Source of the DNA: Lama guanicoe
Taxonomy: Eukaryota
NCBI GenBank assembly: GCA_013239625.1
Contig: MU056050.1
Span: 6,527,715-6,581,592 of the forward strand
Direction: 5' to 3'
DNA length: 53,878 nt
Position numbers and translations under genes: made by a program. Below, piece by piece: positions 1-10,574 of this stretch (within the stretch, counting starts at the first letter, position 1; each line of letters begins with the position of its first letter). The notes below the pieces were generated by a model. The model did no database searches and was not told where the DNA came from. It saw only the letters and a list, made by a program, of their open reading frames with translations.

Positions 1-91
1 GAGCCAGCACTGCAACATACAGTCGCTAAATAAAGCCACCCTTTAGGGGGAACCTTCCCCCTCCCCTCCAAGTTTCTCTGCTCTGCCCCAG

Positions 92-196
92 GAATTGCGG
101 TAGTGACCATGGGGAAAGCAGCTCTCTGGACCGACAGCCGCTACTGGACCCAGGCTGAGCGGCAGATGGACTGCAATTGGGAGCTCCATAAGGAAG
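92..196 (+). CDS. XPNPEP2: XPNPEP2 coding exon (~exon 5)
   Basis: cccag|GAATT...GGAAG|gtaaag; (G)IAVVTMGKAALWTDSRYWTQAERQMDCNWELHKE. Confidence 0.95.
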
Positions 197-450
197 GTAA
201 AGCGATGGCTTGGATTTGTTCCCCAAGCCCTGGAACTGGACTGGGTTCAGGAAGGTAGAGGTGAGGGGGTACCTGCAAGGCTGTGCTGGGCCCCTGGAGA
301 AAGCTCAGGAAATTTGAAGCCATCCCTAAACTTTGCAGATGATATCAAGGAGGACAGACATAGCAGAACTGTCACAGACAGAAGCCCGGCTGGGGGGCCT
401 GGGGTTGGCCCTGGAGATGACCTCAATGTCTCTTCCTGTCTTTCTCTCAG

Positions 451-537
451 TTGGCACCACTCCCATTGTCACCTGGCTCCTCGCTGAGATTCCTGTTGGA
501 GGGCATGTAGGCTTCGATCCCTTCCTCTTTTCCATCG
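451..537 (+). CDS. XPNPEP2: XPNPEP2 coding exon (~exon 6)
   Basis: ctcag|TTGGC...CATCG|gtatgt; VGTTPIVTWLLAEIPVGGHVGFDPFLFSI. Confidence 0.95.
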
Positions 538-1428
538 GTATGTTCTTCCCTCATCCCTGGGCTTGTCCACACCAGCTCGGGTGACTCAGCCCCCCGGGGA
601 AGTAAAGAAGCACACCTTGGTAGACGGAAGCAGGGTGACTCAAAGATCGAATATTTGAACTTGTGGTTGCAGAATATTTTGCAACAAAGATGTATTCCTG
701 GATTGCATCTTGAAAATATATTTAAAAGAATAAATACAGATTTTTTTTTAAAGTCAGGAATGCAGAGACCCAACCCAGAAGACTCAGGGAATCATTAAGA
801 CCTAGCAGACGAGTAGGCCAGGATGTTCTTAAACCCAGAGCCAACCTCTGTGCTCTGGAATTCTACCAATTAGGGCACTAGGATCTTCTGGAAAGAGCTT
901 GGAAGGGTCAAAGGAGTCAAGAGGGCTTCTGGGTAAAGCAGCACCGTCCCCTCCAACTCCAGGAACACAGTGCCCTGAGCTCTGATGCCCCAGTTAGCTG
1001 GCCAATCTGCCCCCAGGGGTGACGTGCTCATGAATAGATCCTGAAAGGCTCCCGCTTCAGAACTGACTTCTTTGCCAGCCTTTCCAGTGGCCTGAGTCTC
1101 CCATTCCTTTGGGCTGTGGCACTGAAGCTCAGTTAAATGGACAGTGTCAGAAGGAGGGCCCCACAGTTATCAGCACTTAAAAAGACGAGCTTAGACAACT
1201 GGTGATGGACAGCATTGGGTGGGCTCAGGGCAGTTAGGCTTTGAAAGCTGAAAGAGGAAGGTGAGAGGACACAGCCCAGGAGGGCCAGTCTGCTAGGACT
1301 GGCCCTGGCAGCTGGGCTGCAGGTGCAGAATGGGAGGCCAAGGGGACAAGAACTCACTTTGCCTTGGTCACAATTTTTTCTGAGGTATGAACAGGCAGGG
1401 GACAAGTGATTCCTTCCTGTCTCTGCAG

Positions 1429-1575
1429 ACTCCTGGGAGAGTTATGACGCAGCCCTCCGAGAGTCTGACAGAGAGCTGGTGTCCATCACCATCAACCTTG
1501 TGGACCTGGTGTGGGGGTCAGAGAGGCCCGCAGTGCCAAGCGAGCCCGTTTATGCCCTGCAGGAGGCATTCACAG
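1429..1575 (+). CDS. XPNPEP2: XPNPEP2 coding exon (~exon 7)
   Basis: tgcag|ACTCC...CACAG|gtgatt; DSWESYDAALRESDRELVSITINLVDLVWGSERPAVPSEPVYALQEAFT. Confidence 0.95.
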
Positions 1576-1654
1576 GTGATTTCCCAAGTTGGAGCCACAC
1601 GGGGTCCCCGCTGCTGCTCCTCTGGCCGAAAAATTCATCCTAACAGGTCCCAAA

Positions 1655-1795
1655 GCAATGGTTCTCAAAACTTCTCAAAACTTCACGTGCACCTGAATAG
1701 CTTGGGATGCTTGTTTAAAATATAGGTTTCTAGGCCCCCTCCCCTCAAAGAGTTTGAATCAGAAGTTCCTCAGACCATATTTAGAAATTGCTGGA
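1655..1795. mobile_element. MER5-like hAT-Charlie DNA transposon relic
   Basis: caatggttctcaaa...ttgtttaaaatataggtttctaggcccc...tttgaatcagaa resembles recalled MER5A. Confidence 0.55.
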
Positions 1796-2917
1796 ATAAA
1801 GAGTGTCAGGATTGGAAGTGAGATGGAACAGGAAGGGAGGAAACAAGGGAGTCAGAGAAAGATGGGGGAAAAAAAACTTACCCCTTCAAAGAAAGAGAGA
1901 TTAAAAAAAAAAAAACATGAGTTGTAGTAGTGAAGACTGATTTGTACTGAATCATTCAGACCTTGACCTCTGGCCCTCCTGTGATGAGGAATTTAGATGT
2001 CAAATGGCTGGGGTCAGATGGGCTGGGGTGGACAAAGGAAGCAAAAACTAAGTTCAAGGTCAGTCTGTGGCACAGATTACGGTTCAAGTTTTGGTCGAAC
2101 CACAAAGGAAAATTAACTGACCCCCCAGAATTCTAACATCAATAATCTTGACCCCACTGACACCATCTAAATGCATCATAAAAGAACAGTATGCTCTATG
2201 ATTCTTATAAGTAGTAACTAAAATCCTGACCAGGACCAGGCTACTGATTATGAATCAATGCCTTGGCCACCACCACCCCCTACCTCCCTAAGAATTCTGA
2301 ACAAGCCCATGGATTCCTAGGATTATTGGGCAATCTGAGAGGCCGCTTACCACATGCAGGTCTCCGCACATTCCTTGTTTGGAAAGGGGTCCAAAAAGGA
2401 GGGAAATTTCAAAATAGCAGGTCTAATGAAACAAGTCAAAATTGTGTCCAATTTTCTTTATTCATTCTGATGTAACTTGCAGAATCATTCTTCCCGCATC
2501 TTGACACAGTTTTTAAAGGAACTTGCTATCCAAGACGGTTCAATCCTAAACAGAACCCATCCCATTCCGATGAGGAAGAGTGCAGTTATGTCAAGAAGAG
2601 GAGGGGATAAAGGGGAAAAACTTCCAGGGACTGGGAGAGAAGTCACGTGGATTTCATCACTTCCCACAAACTGGGGGAAGCCACACCCTCGCAGGCTGCT
2701 AGCCTTCAAGGAAAAGCCATCTGGAGCCAGAACTGGGCCAGGAAGCCCAAGAACAGAGTCTCTAAACTTATTGAGACAGGAGACACTTTCTCTCCAGCCA
2801 TTCACAGGTTTTAAAGGGGCCAAAGGGAAGAACATGAAAAGTAGTTAGTCCAAGAGACCTGTGCGTATCAGACAATTTAAATTGGCCTTTATTTACTGCC
2901 TCAAAGATGTATCACAT

Positions 2918-3270
2918 CCATGAACCTTGAAAGCATAATTCTAAGTAAAAGAAACCAGCGAAAACCCCATATTGTATGATTCCATTCGAGTGAAACATCC
3001 AGTGTAGGCAAATCCATGGAGACAGAAAGCAGATTAGTGGTTTCCTAGGGCTGAGGGTGGGGAGAGGGGAATGGGAAGGGACTGCCTAATGGCTACAAGG
3101 TTTCCTTTTAGGATGATGAAAATGTTCTGGAATTAGATAGTGGTGGTGGTTGCACAATCTTGTGAATGTTATGAAAAGCATTGGATTGTGCACTTCAAAA
3201 TGGTGAAGATGATACATTTTAAGCTATGTATATTTTCCCACAATAAAGTAAAATAAACCTTGAAAAAAAT
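2918..3270 (+). mobile_element. Old L1 (L1MB-like) 3' end
   Basis: tgtatgattccatt...ggcaaatccatggagacagaaagcagattagtggtt...gatgaaaatgttctggaattagatagtggtggtggttgcaca, ending in aataaa and an A-rich tail. Confidence 0.8.
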
Positions 3271-3589
3271 GTATCGTACCCAAAGCTTTAGTTCTTGTTG
3301 AATAGTTTTACCTGTATGCAGAAAGATGTTTTTAATGGCATTAAGTTATTTATGCTCATCTCTGAGCCCACCTAGGACCCTTAATGCTTATGACCTTCCA
3401 TCAGCAAATTCCTAGCCCTGCCTAGGGAAAGACCCTATATGCATCACCAGGAACAGGAAAAAAAAGATGAAAATCAAAGTCCTAGCACCAGGATACGAAC
3501 ATCCCAGAAAGGACAGCTCTGTGACACAGAGTTTAAGGACAAGTTTGGAGACTAACAATGTTAGCAAGATAGTCCAGTGTCTATACTGA

Positions 3590-3769
3590 TTAAGAGCTGA
3601 ACCACATAGTCAAACAGACCTGGGTTCAAGTTTCACCCCTTGCCAACTGTGAAAACCATAGATAAGTCACTTTACCTCTCTGAGGCCTCAATTTCCTTAT
3701 CTGTAAAATGGGCCAAGTAAGGATTAAAACAATGTACACAAAGTGCTTAGCCCAGACCCAGGTGGCTTT
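3590..3769 (+). mobile_element. MIR SINE, interrupted by L1 and resuming at ~4958
   Basis: cctgggttcaag...aagtcactttacctctctgaggcctcaatttccttatctgtaaaatggg...aagtgcttagc, continuing as agtaagcact after the L1 block. Confidence 0.75.
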
Positions 3770-4946
3770 CTTTTTTTAAGTATAGTCAGTTTACAATGTT
3801 GTGTCAATTTCTGGTGCACAGCATAATAGTTCAATCATACACATACATGCATATATTCATTTTCACATTTTTCATTATAGGTTACTATAAGATACTGAAT
3901 ATAGTTCCCTGTGCTATACAGTATAAACTTGTTGTTTATCTATTTTATGTATACTAGTTAGTACCTGCAAATCTCGAACTCCCAATTTATTCCTTCCCAC
4001 CCTCTTCCCCCCACCGGTAACCATAAATTTGTTTTCTATTTATTTTATTGAAGTATAGTTGATTTACAAAGTTGTGTTAGTTCCTGGTATACAGTATAGT
4101 GATTTAGTCATACATATACATATTCTTTTTAATATTCTTTTTCATTTTAGGTTATTGCAAGATATTGAATATAGTTCCCTGTGCTATACAGTAGGATCTT
4201 GTTGTTTATCTATTTTATATGTAGTAGTTTGTATCTGCTAACCCCAAACTCCTAATTTATCCCTCCCCTCCCCTTTTCCCCTTTGGTAACCATAAGTTTG
4301 TTTTCTATGACTATGAGTCTGTTTCTGTTTTGTAAATAACTACATTTTATCATTTTTTAGCTGCCACATATAAGTGATATCATATGATACTTGTCTTTCT
4401 CTGTCTGACTTACTTCAATTAGTATGATAATATCTAGGTCCATCCATGTTGCTGCAAATGGTATTATTTCATTCTTTTTATGGCTGAGTAGTATTCCATT
4501 ATATATATTATATATATTTCATATATTATATATATATACCACAGCTTCTTTATCAAGTCATCTGTCGATGGACATTTAGGTTGCTTCCATGTCCTTTTTT
4601 TTCAGTTTTTTTTCTTTTTTTTAACATTTTTTATTGATTTATAATCATTTTACAATGTTGTGTCAAATTCCAGTGTAGAGCACAATTTTTCAGTTATACA
4701 TGAACATACATATATTCATTGTCACATTTTTTTCTCTGTGAGCTACCATAAGATCTTATGTATATTTCCCTGGCTTCCATGTCTTGGCTATTGTAAATAG
4801 TGCTGCTATGAACATTGGGGTGCATGTATCTTTTTGAATTAGAGTTTTCTCTGGATATATGCGCAGGAGTGGGATTGCTGGATCATAGGGTAACTCTATT
4901 TTTAGTTTTTTAAGGAATCTCCATACTGTTTTCCATAGTGGCTACA
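3770..4946 (-). mobile_element. Stack of three 5'-truncated L1 3' ends (approx. 3770-4039; 4040-4946; nested 4594-4772)
   Basis: Repeated L1 3'-UTR motifs (atagttccctgtgctatacagta, ggtaaccataa(a/g)tttgttttctat), T-tracts = minus-strand poly(A), and target-site duplications. Confidence 0.88.
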
Positions 4947-5049
4947 CAAGTGGCTTTAGTAAGCACTGGGTTACTGCAGGGGAGAGGATTATACATGGCC
5001 CAGTCCTATCCCTCTGCCCTTCTGCTCTCCTGATTTCTGTTCTGCATGC

Positions 5050-5305
5050 TTATTTATTGATCAGCAAGTTATACCAGACTTACTAAACACCAAGACACCA
5101 TTCTACATTACAAATATTAATTAATTTGACCTCATAACTCTATTGAGGTAGACAGTATCATTATAATCCATCTATATTTTACAGATGTGCAGAGTAAGAC
5201 ACAGAGGGGTTAAGTAATTTTCCCAAGGTCACACAGCAAGTAACAACAGAGCTAAGATTTGAACCCAGACAGTCTGGGTCCAGAACTCATGCCCTTAATG
5301 ACTAC
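5050..5305 (-). mobile_element. MIR SINE
   Basis: ttttacagatg...gaggggttaagtaattttcccaaggtcacacagc...gatttgaacccagacagtctgg is the MIR core. Confidence 0.75.
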
Positions 5306-5447
5306 ACAAGTAAGAGTTTGGTTAAAGAAAGGGTTCTACTGCTTGTAAAGGAATGGGAATCTATTGCCCTAAGGAAGCCCTCTCAGGAACAGAGTGACAA
5401 AGAGAAGGGATGTCACCTATGCTGTCTTTGGGCTTTTTTGTTTCTAG

Positions 5448-5549
5448 GGAGCACCTGGCAGGAGAAAGTGTCTGACATCCGCAGCCAGATGCAAAAGCGT
5501 CACGAGGCCCCAACTGCCGTGCTTCTGTCGGCGCTTGATGAGACAGCCT
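5448..5549 (+). CDS. XPNPEP2: XPNPEP2 coding exon (~exon 8)
   Basis: tctag|GGAGC...AGCCT|gtgagt; GSTWQEKVSDIRSQMQKRHEAPTAVLLSALDETA. Confidence 0.95.
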
Positions 5550-6144
5550 GTGAGTATGGATTTGTGGATGCAGGTGGGCGCCTGGGTTCCCCTCAGCCTC
5601 CAAGCCTCCTGGGCCCTGCAGCACAGGACTCCTCCCACAAGAGTTCTGAGGTCTCCATGACCATGGCCTGCAGGAATTACGAAGGGTGAGGACAGGAGTT
5701 GATGTCCACTGAAGAAGGAAACCAGGAGTCCCCATGCAATCTGGGGCCAGCCTGCGGGCCACCAGCGGACTGGGCGACTGCAGCAGCAAAGGCTCCTGTC
5801 TCATGAAGGGGAGGAGGCCCAGCAAGCACCTCCCAGCCCCGCCTGGCCACGAGTCCAGGGCACTCACACTCCCAGCTTTAGCACCCTGTGTAGCCCTATT
5901 CTGTCCTAACGTGGCTCCAGGCTTCTCAGCTGACTCCAGCTCTGGGTTTCACATATTCCGGGGACCCACTGAAACTGTGCACTGACTGCTGGCTGCGTAT
6001 CTATCTGCCTTTTCCTGGGAGAAAGGGCCCCTAGGACGCACTAGTGCTTCAAAGACCCCTGAAAGACAGAAACATTCAGGAGCAGATGATGTAGGTGTGC
6101 TGCTGGGGATCTTTGGGGCGAAAGCAAACAATTCTCTTCCCCAG

Positions 6145-6226
6145 GGCTCTTCAACCTTCGCGGCAGTGACATCCCTTATAATCCCTTCTTCTATTCCTAC
6201 ACGCTGCTCACCGACTCCTCCATCAG
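6145..6226 (+). CDS. XPNPEP2: XPNPEP2 coding exon (~exon 9)
   Basis: cccag|GGCTC...ATCAG|gtaggg; WLFNLRGSDIPYNPFFYSYTLLTDSSIR. Confidence 0.95.
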
Positions 6227-6508
6227 GTAGGGCTTGTCCTTGGTGTGCAGTCACGACTTCCTCCAACCCCTCACTGCCCCAACGTGCAGCCTTCCCAGGA
6301 GTGGAGTGCCTGCCCCAGCAGGACCCTCCAGGAAGCCTCTGATCGGCTTTTCCTGACTCTCTTGATCTCTTGTCCCACGTACTCCAAATCTGGTCTGCTT
6401 AGCTGTCCAGCGCGGGATTCCTCTGACCTCCGGGAATAAAGGCCCTCTAGTCTTTGGCCCTGTCCCTAGAGACTCTCAGGATCCTCCTGGTCTTCCCTCT
6501 CCACCCAG

Positions 6509-6704
6509 GTTATTTGCAAACAAGAGTCGCTTTAACTCTGAGGCCCTGCAGTACCTGAACTCTGGCTGCACGGGCTCCATGTGTGTGCAACTCGAAGATT
6601 ACAGCCAAGTCCGTGACAGCGTGCAGGCCTACACCTCCGGAGACGTGAGGATCTGGATTGGCACCAGCTACACCTCATATGGGCTCTATGAAGTGATACC
6701 CAAG
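6509..6704 (+). CDS. XPNPEP2: XPNPEP2 coding exon (~exon 10)
   Basis: cccag|GTTAT...CCAAG|gtgggt; LFANKSRFNSEALQYLNSGCTGSMCVQLEDYSQVRDSVQAYTSGDVRIWIGTSYTSYGLYEVIPK. Confidence 0.95.
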
Positions 6705-7455
6705 GTGGGTCTGCCAGGCCCCGTCTCATGCCAGGCACTGCCCCCACCCCCCACCAACAGCCCAGTTAAGTCTCAGCCTGACAGAGTGGCCACAGCCCCT
6801 CAGTCAACAGTGGTGCTAGGAGTCCCCTTTTAGGCCTCTCTGAGAAGAGACGGAAGAAGAAGCAGGACGTTTGTCCACAGAGAGCTCGGATTGTCGAGGA
6901 GGCCGGGGGAGCACAGCCTGGTAGAGCAGAGGGTCTGAGGTCACCAAACCTGAGACTGAGAATTGGCTGTTCAGTGACTGTGGACAGGGGACTTAGCCAA
7001 TCTGGGCCTCTGTTTCCTCACCTGTAAGATAGCACTAAGAGTCACAACCTCCAAGGCGTTGCTCTGAGGAAAATTAAAGAGATAGTGCATAGAAAGCCTG
7101 GTGCCTGACACACGGCAGACGCCCAATAAATGGTAGCCATTATGCTATGCGGTGTGTGGGAAACACACTGTCAGAACAGTCCGTGGATGGGCAGGGGCCA
7201 GGCTCTGATCCTTCGCTGAGCGCTGGCGCTGGTGCTGGCGGGATCCGGGAATGGGAAGGGAGGGAGACAGGGGAGGTTAGGCTGGACAGGGAGGACTAGG
7301 GAATCCCTGCACAGAGAGAGAGCATGCAAGGGAAGGGCATTGCCACCCCAGGAAATGGCCAGTCTCATCCCAGCTGGAGTTTCCTGCCAATCCTTTTCAA
7401 ACACGGCCGTGCCTTAGAGAGGGCTCCCAGACCTCTTCCTCTCTGCCTGCAACAG

Positions 7456-7545
7456 GAAAAACTCGTAGCAGACGCCTACTCCCCAGTGATGATAACCAAG
7501 GCGGTGAAAAACAGCAAGGAGCAGACCCTCCTCAGGGCCAGCCAC
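7456..7545 (+). CDS. XPNPEP2: XPNPEP2 coding exon (~exon 11)
   Basis: aacag|GAAAA...GCCAC|gtaagt; EKLVADAYSPVMITKAVKNSKEQTLLRASH. Confidence 0.95.
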
Positions 7546-7744
7546 GTAAGTCCAGGGGCAGACAGACGAGCCTTTGGAGAGCTCCCGGTCTCATGGGTTA
7601 GAAAGGAGATCCTGCTGGAGGAGCCTGAAGAAGGCCCTCAATGAAACATAGAAGAGGTCGCCAAGCTCCTGGGTACCCACTCACGCTCCATCCCTTGCTC
7701 CCAGCATGGTACTGTGGTGCAGAGCCCCTACCCTGCAGCTGTGG

Positions 7745-7900
7745 TGTCTGAGTTCAAATCTCAGTTCCTCCACTCACCTCCTAGCTGGGGGACCTTAGAC
7801 AAGTCACTGCACCTCTCTAGGCCTCAATTACCTCATCTATAAAGTGAGGGTCATAACTGTAACCTACAGTATAGGTGGTTGTGAGGATCAAAGAAATATA
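7745..7900 (+). mobile_element. MIR SINE
   Basis: gagttcaaatctcag...gaccttagacaagtcactgcacctctctaggcctcaattacctcatctataaagtgagg. Confidence 0.7.
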
Positions 7901-8079
7901 GCTGTATTATATAATATAAATAATATTTACATAATTATATATTTTATATATATTGCTTTGAGCACTGCCTGGCACATTCCAAATGTTAGATGAGAGTTAT
8001 CTGTAATAATTTTCTCACCAGGGGAGGAGATGGTTCACCCTTTTGGATATTCCTGTTAAAATTAGGATAAGCTGCCTAG

Positions 8080-8405
8080 TTTTTTTAACTTTTCTTGTGG
8101 AAAATTTTAAACATATGCAAAAGTAGAGGAAATAGCATAATGATCCCCAAACACCATCACCCAGCTTCAACAATCATCAACTCAACTTGAGGCCAATCTC
8201 ATTTCCTCTACAATCCCACACTCATTACCTCTACCCCCTACCCCCTGCGGCTGGATGATTTTTAAGCAAGTCCCAGCTATTTTATTGTTTCTTCTATCAA
8301 CACTTCAGTATCTCTTAAAGAGATGAACCCTTTTCAAAACATGACCACACTCTGATCATATATATAAACATTAGTAAGAACCCCTTAATATTATCAAATA
8401 GCCAG
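8080..8405 (-). mobile_element. Old L1 (L1M) 3' end fragment
   Basis: ggaaaattttaaacatatgcaaaagtagagg...ccatcacccagcttcaacaatcatcaac resembles an L1M 3' UTR in reverse. Confidence 0.6.
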
Positions 8406-8519
8406 TAAAACCCTCATGCTTTTAAATCTCATCTCCCAAAGCAATCACTCCATTGCCTTCATCCCGGAGCCCTGGCTGAGACCACTCCTCAGTCGGCTTC
8501 TCTGCTTGCCCCGCTCCAG

Positions 8520-8629
8520 GTGCGGGACGCCGTGGCCGTGATCCGCTACTTGGTCTGGCTGGAGAAGAACGTGCCCAAAGGCACCGTGGACGAGTGTTCA
8601 GGGGCAGAGCAGCTGGAGAAGTTCAGAGG
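8520..8629 (+). CDS. XPNPEP2: XPNPEP2 coding exon (~exon 12)
   Basis: tccag|GTGCG...AGAGG|gtgaag; VRDAVAVIRYLVWLEKNVPKGTVDECSGAEQLEKFRG. Confidence 0.93.
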
Positions 8630-8642
8630 GTGAAGGACCACA

Positions 8643-8659
8643 NNNNNNNNNNNNNNNNN
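8643..8659. other. Assembly gap (17 N)
   Basis: Run of N starting 14 bp after XPNPEP2 exon 12. Confidence 0.99.
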
Positions 8660-8832
8660 GGGAGGGGGATTGGTCTCCTTACTTACGGAGGAGGGAAGAC
8701 CCTCTTTGTATTTGAGGGCTTCTGTGGAACAAGGAGTGATAGGTTCTTGGGTGGTCGGGAAGCTGGGCAGGGGTGTTGGATGACGTTCCCCAGCTCGCTG
8801 CAAGCGGGACAACTTGAAGGGCCGCAACCCAA

Positions 8833-8850
8833 CAGCGCCCCCTCGTGTCT
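8833..8850 (-). promoter_or_regulatory. Candidate CTCF site in XPNPEP2 intron 12
   Basis: Minus strand AGACACGAGGGGGCGCTG is close to the CTCF core CCACCAGGGGGCGC; neighbouring CpGs retained. Confidence 0.5.
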
Positions 8851-9329
8851 GATTCAGGCATGGGCCAGTCTCCTGGGAGAGGCTAACTCAGGCGAGGTTG
8901 GCCCCTGGACCATTTGAGAGTATCAGGTTGAGGAGGGAGGTTCCCTGAGAGTCCGCTTGGCCCAGGCCTTAGGCAGACCGTAGGTTTGAGGCGCTGGGGC
9001 AGTTTTCCCATACAGGGAGCTAGGTTTCTTCCCTCTTGCTTTACTAAAACCTCACTGTGGGACAAAGGTCTTGGTTTCCCAACTTGTAAAATGGACGTAG
9101 AGGAGGAACAACTGGTGTCTGTAGTCCCTCCTTCTCTGACCTTGAGTGGTCTGTACGTGACAGGTCAAGGCTTGGGAAGACTGGAACCAGGAGGTGGGGC
9201 TGGGAAAGCCAAACGGAGTCTGGCTGAGGTAGAAGCAGCAGTGACCCTCACTTGCCCTTGTTAGATACCCTGGGGCCCAGCCCAGTCCCTGAACCCATTC
9301 ATTGACTACTCCTGCCTTGTACTTTCCAG

Positions 9330-9407
9330 AGAAGAAGAGTTCTTCTCTGGATCCAGTTTCGAAACCATATCTGCTAGTGGCCTGAATGCTGCCTTGGCTC
9401 ACTACAG
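9330..9407 (+). CDS. XPNPEP2: XPNPEP2 coding exon (~exon 13)
   Basis: tccag|AGAAG...TACAG|gtactt; EEEFFSGSSFETISASGLNAALAHYS. Confidence 0.93.
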
Positions 9408-10502
9408 GTACTTCAGGAGAAATAATTTTCTGGGGCTCTCTGGGGGACCTGAGTCCACATTTAAGCCTTGAGGCCTTCAGCATTGTAGGGGATGGGGGTG
9501 GGGAGTGGAACCCAGTCAGAGGTGGGGAATATCCTTTGAATTAAAAGACTCTAGTAATTACCCCACCTCCCCCAACCTCAGCCAAAAGGCTGGGACTTTG
9601 TGAGCACTCAGGGCAGAAGGACCTAGAAGGGAGACAAGGCTATTGCTGGATTTTTTCCTTGGCTTCCTGTAAGTTATGTTTCCTAATTCTTAAAGCTCAC
9701 AAGCACATGGGGAGAGAGGCCCATTCACTTAGCCAAGGCGGGCCCAAGAGGTAGGCTGGCCAGATGTTTGGCTCCATAGAAAACAGAAACCTACAGGTCG
9801 ACCTGATGAAATTTGAGGGAGAGGGGGAATGTCAAGCTGACCGGATGCCTCAGCCTGGTGAGGGCAGAGCTGAGAGAGGGCAGATGCCCTCCAAGGGCTG
9901 GCCTGGCCTATCCCAGAATTCCCTCCCCTAGCATCCCCAAGCCTTCAGCTGCCTTGGCCCAGCCCCTTGTTCCCACTAGAGAGTGACACGATAGGAATTC
10001 CTCAGCCCTACCAGCTCCTGCTCTCAGCCCCACCCTCCCTTCCTGAGCCCTGGCTTCTTGGGGCTCTCTGCTCCTGGAGGCAGCAGGTCAGTAGATAAAG
10101 CACTGGACTGAGAATCTGGGTCCAGGCCCAGCCCCCTCATGCCTTTCCCTCGGGGCCTCCCCTCAGCCCCTTCTCTGCAGGCCTGTTTCTCCTGATATGA
10201 AAGGAGATGGCTGGGCTGCATGCTGGCTAAGGCTCTCCTACAGTCTGTGCTCTTTCCTATCCCCCCTCCCTGGGTACCAGGGCCTTGCCTGGGCAGGTGC
10301 GGGATGAACAGCTGTGCGCTGAGGACATTAGCAGCAGAAGCTCAATGGTCTCCCAGGACCCTTTGGGAAATAATGATGCCCCCAAAGGAGCTAGAAGGTC
10401 AGCCCCTAGGGGTAAGGGGGTTCCTCTGCTTTTGCTCAGGACCCCCACCCCAACCAGCTCAGAGTCAGGCGGCTCCTTTATCAGCATCTCTCCCCTTCCC
10501 AG

Positions 10503-10574
10503 CCCAACCAAGGAGCTGCACCGCAAGCTATCTTCAGATGAGATGTATCTGCTGGATTCTGGGGGGCAATACTG
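10503..10574 (+). CDS. XPNPEP2: XPNPEP2 coding exon (~exon 14), first metal-ligand Asp
   Basis: cccag|CCCAA...TACTG|gtatgt; PTKELHRKLSSDEMYLLDSGGQYW. Confidence 0.95.
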
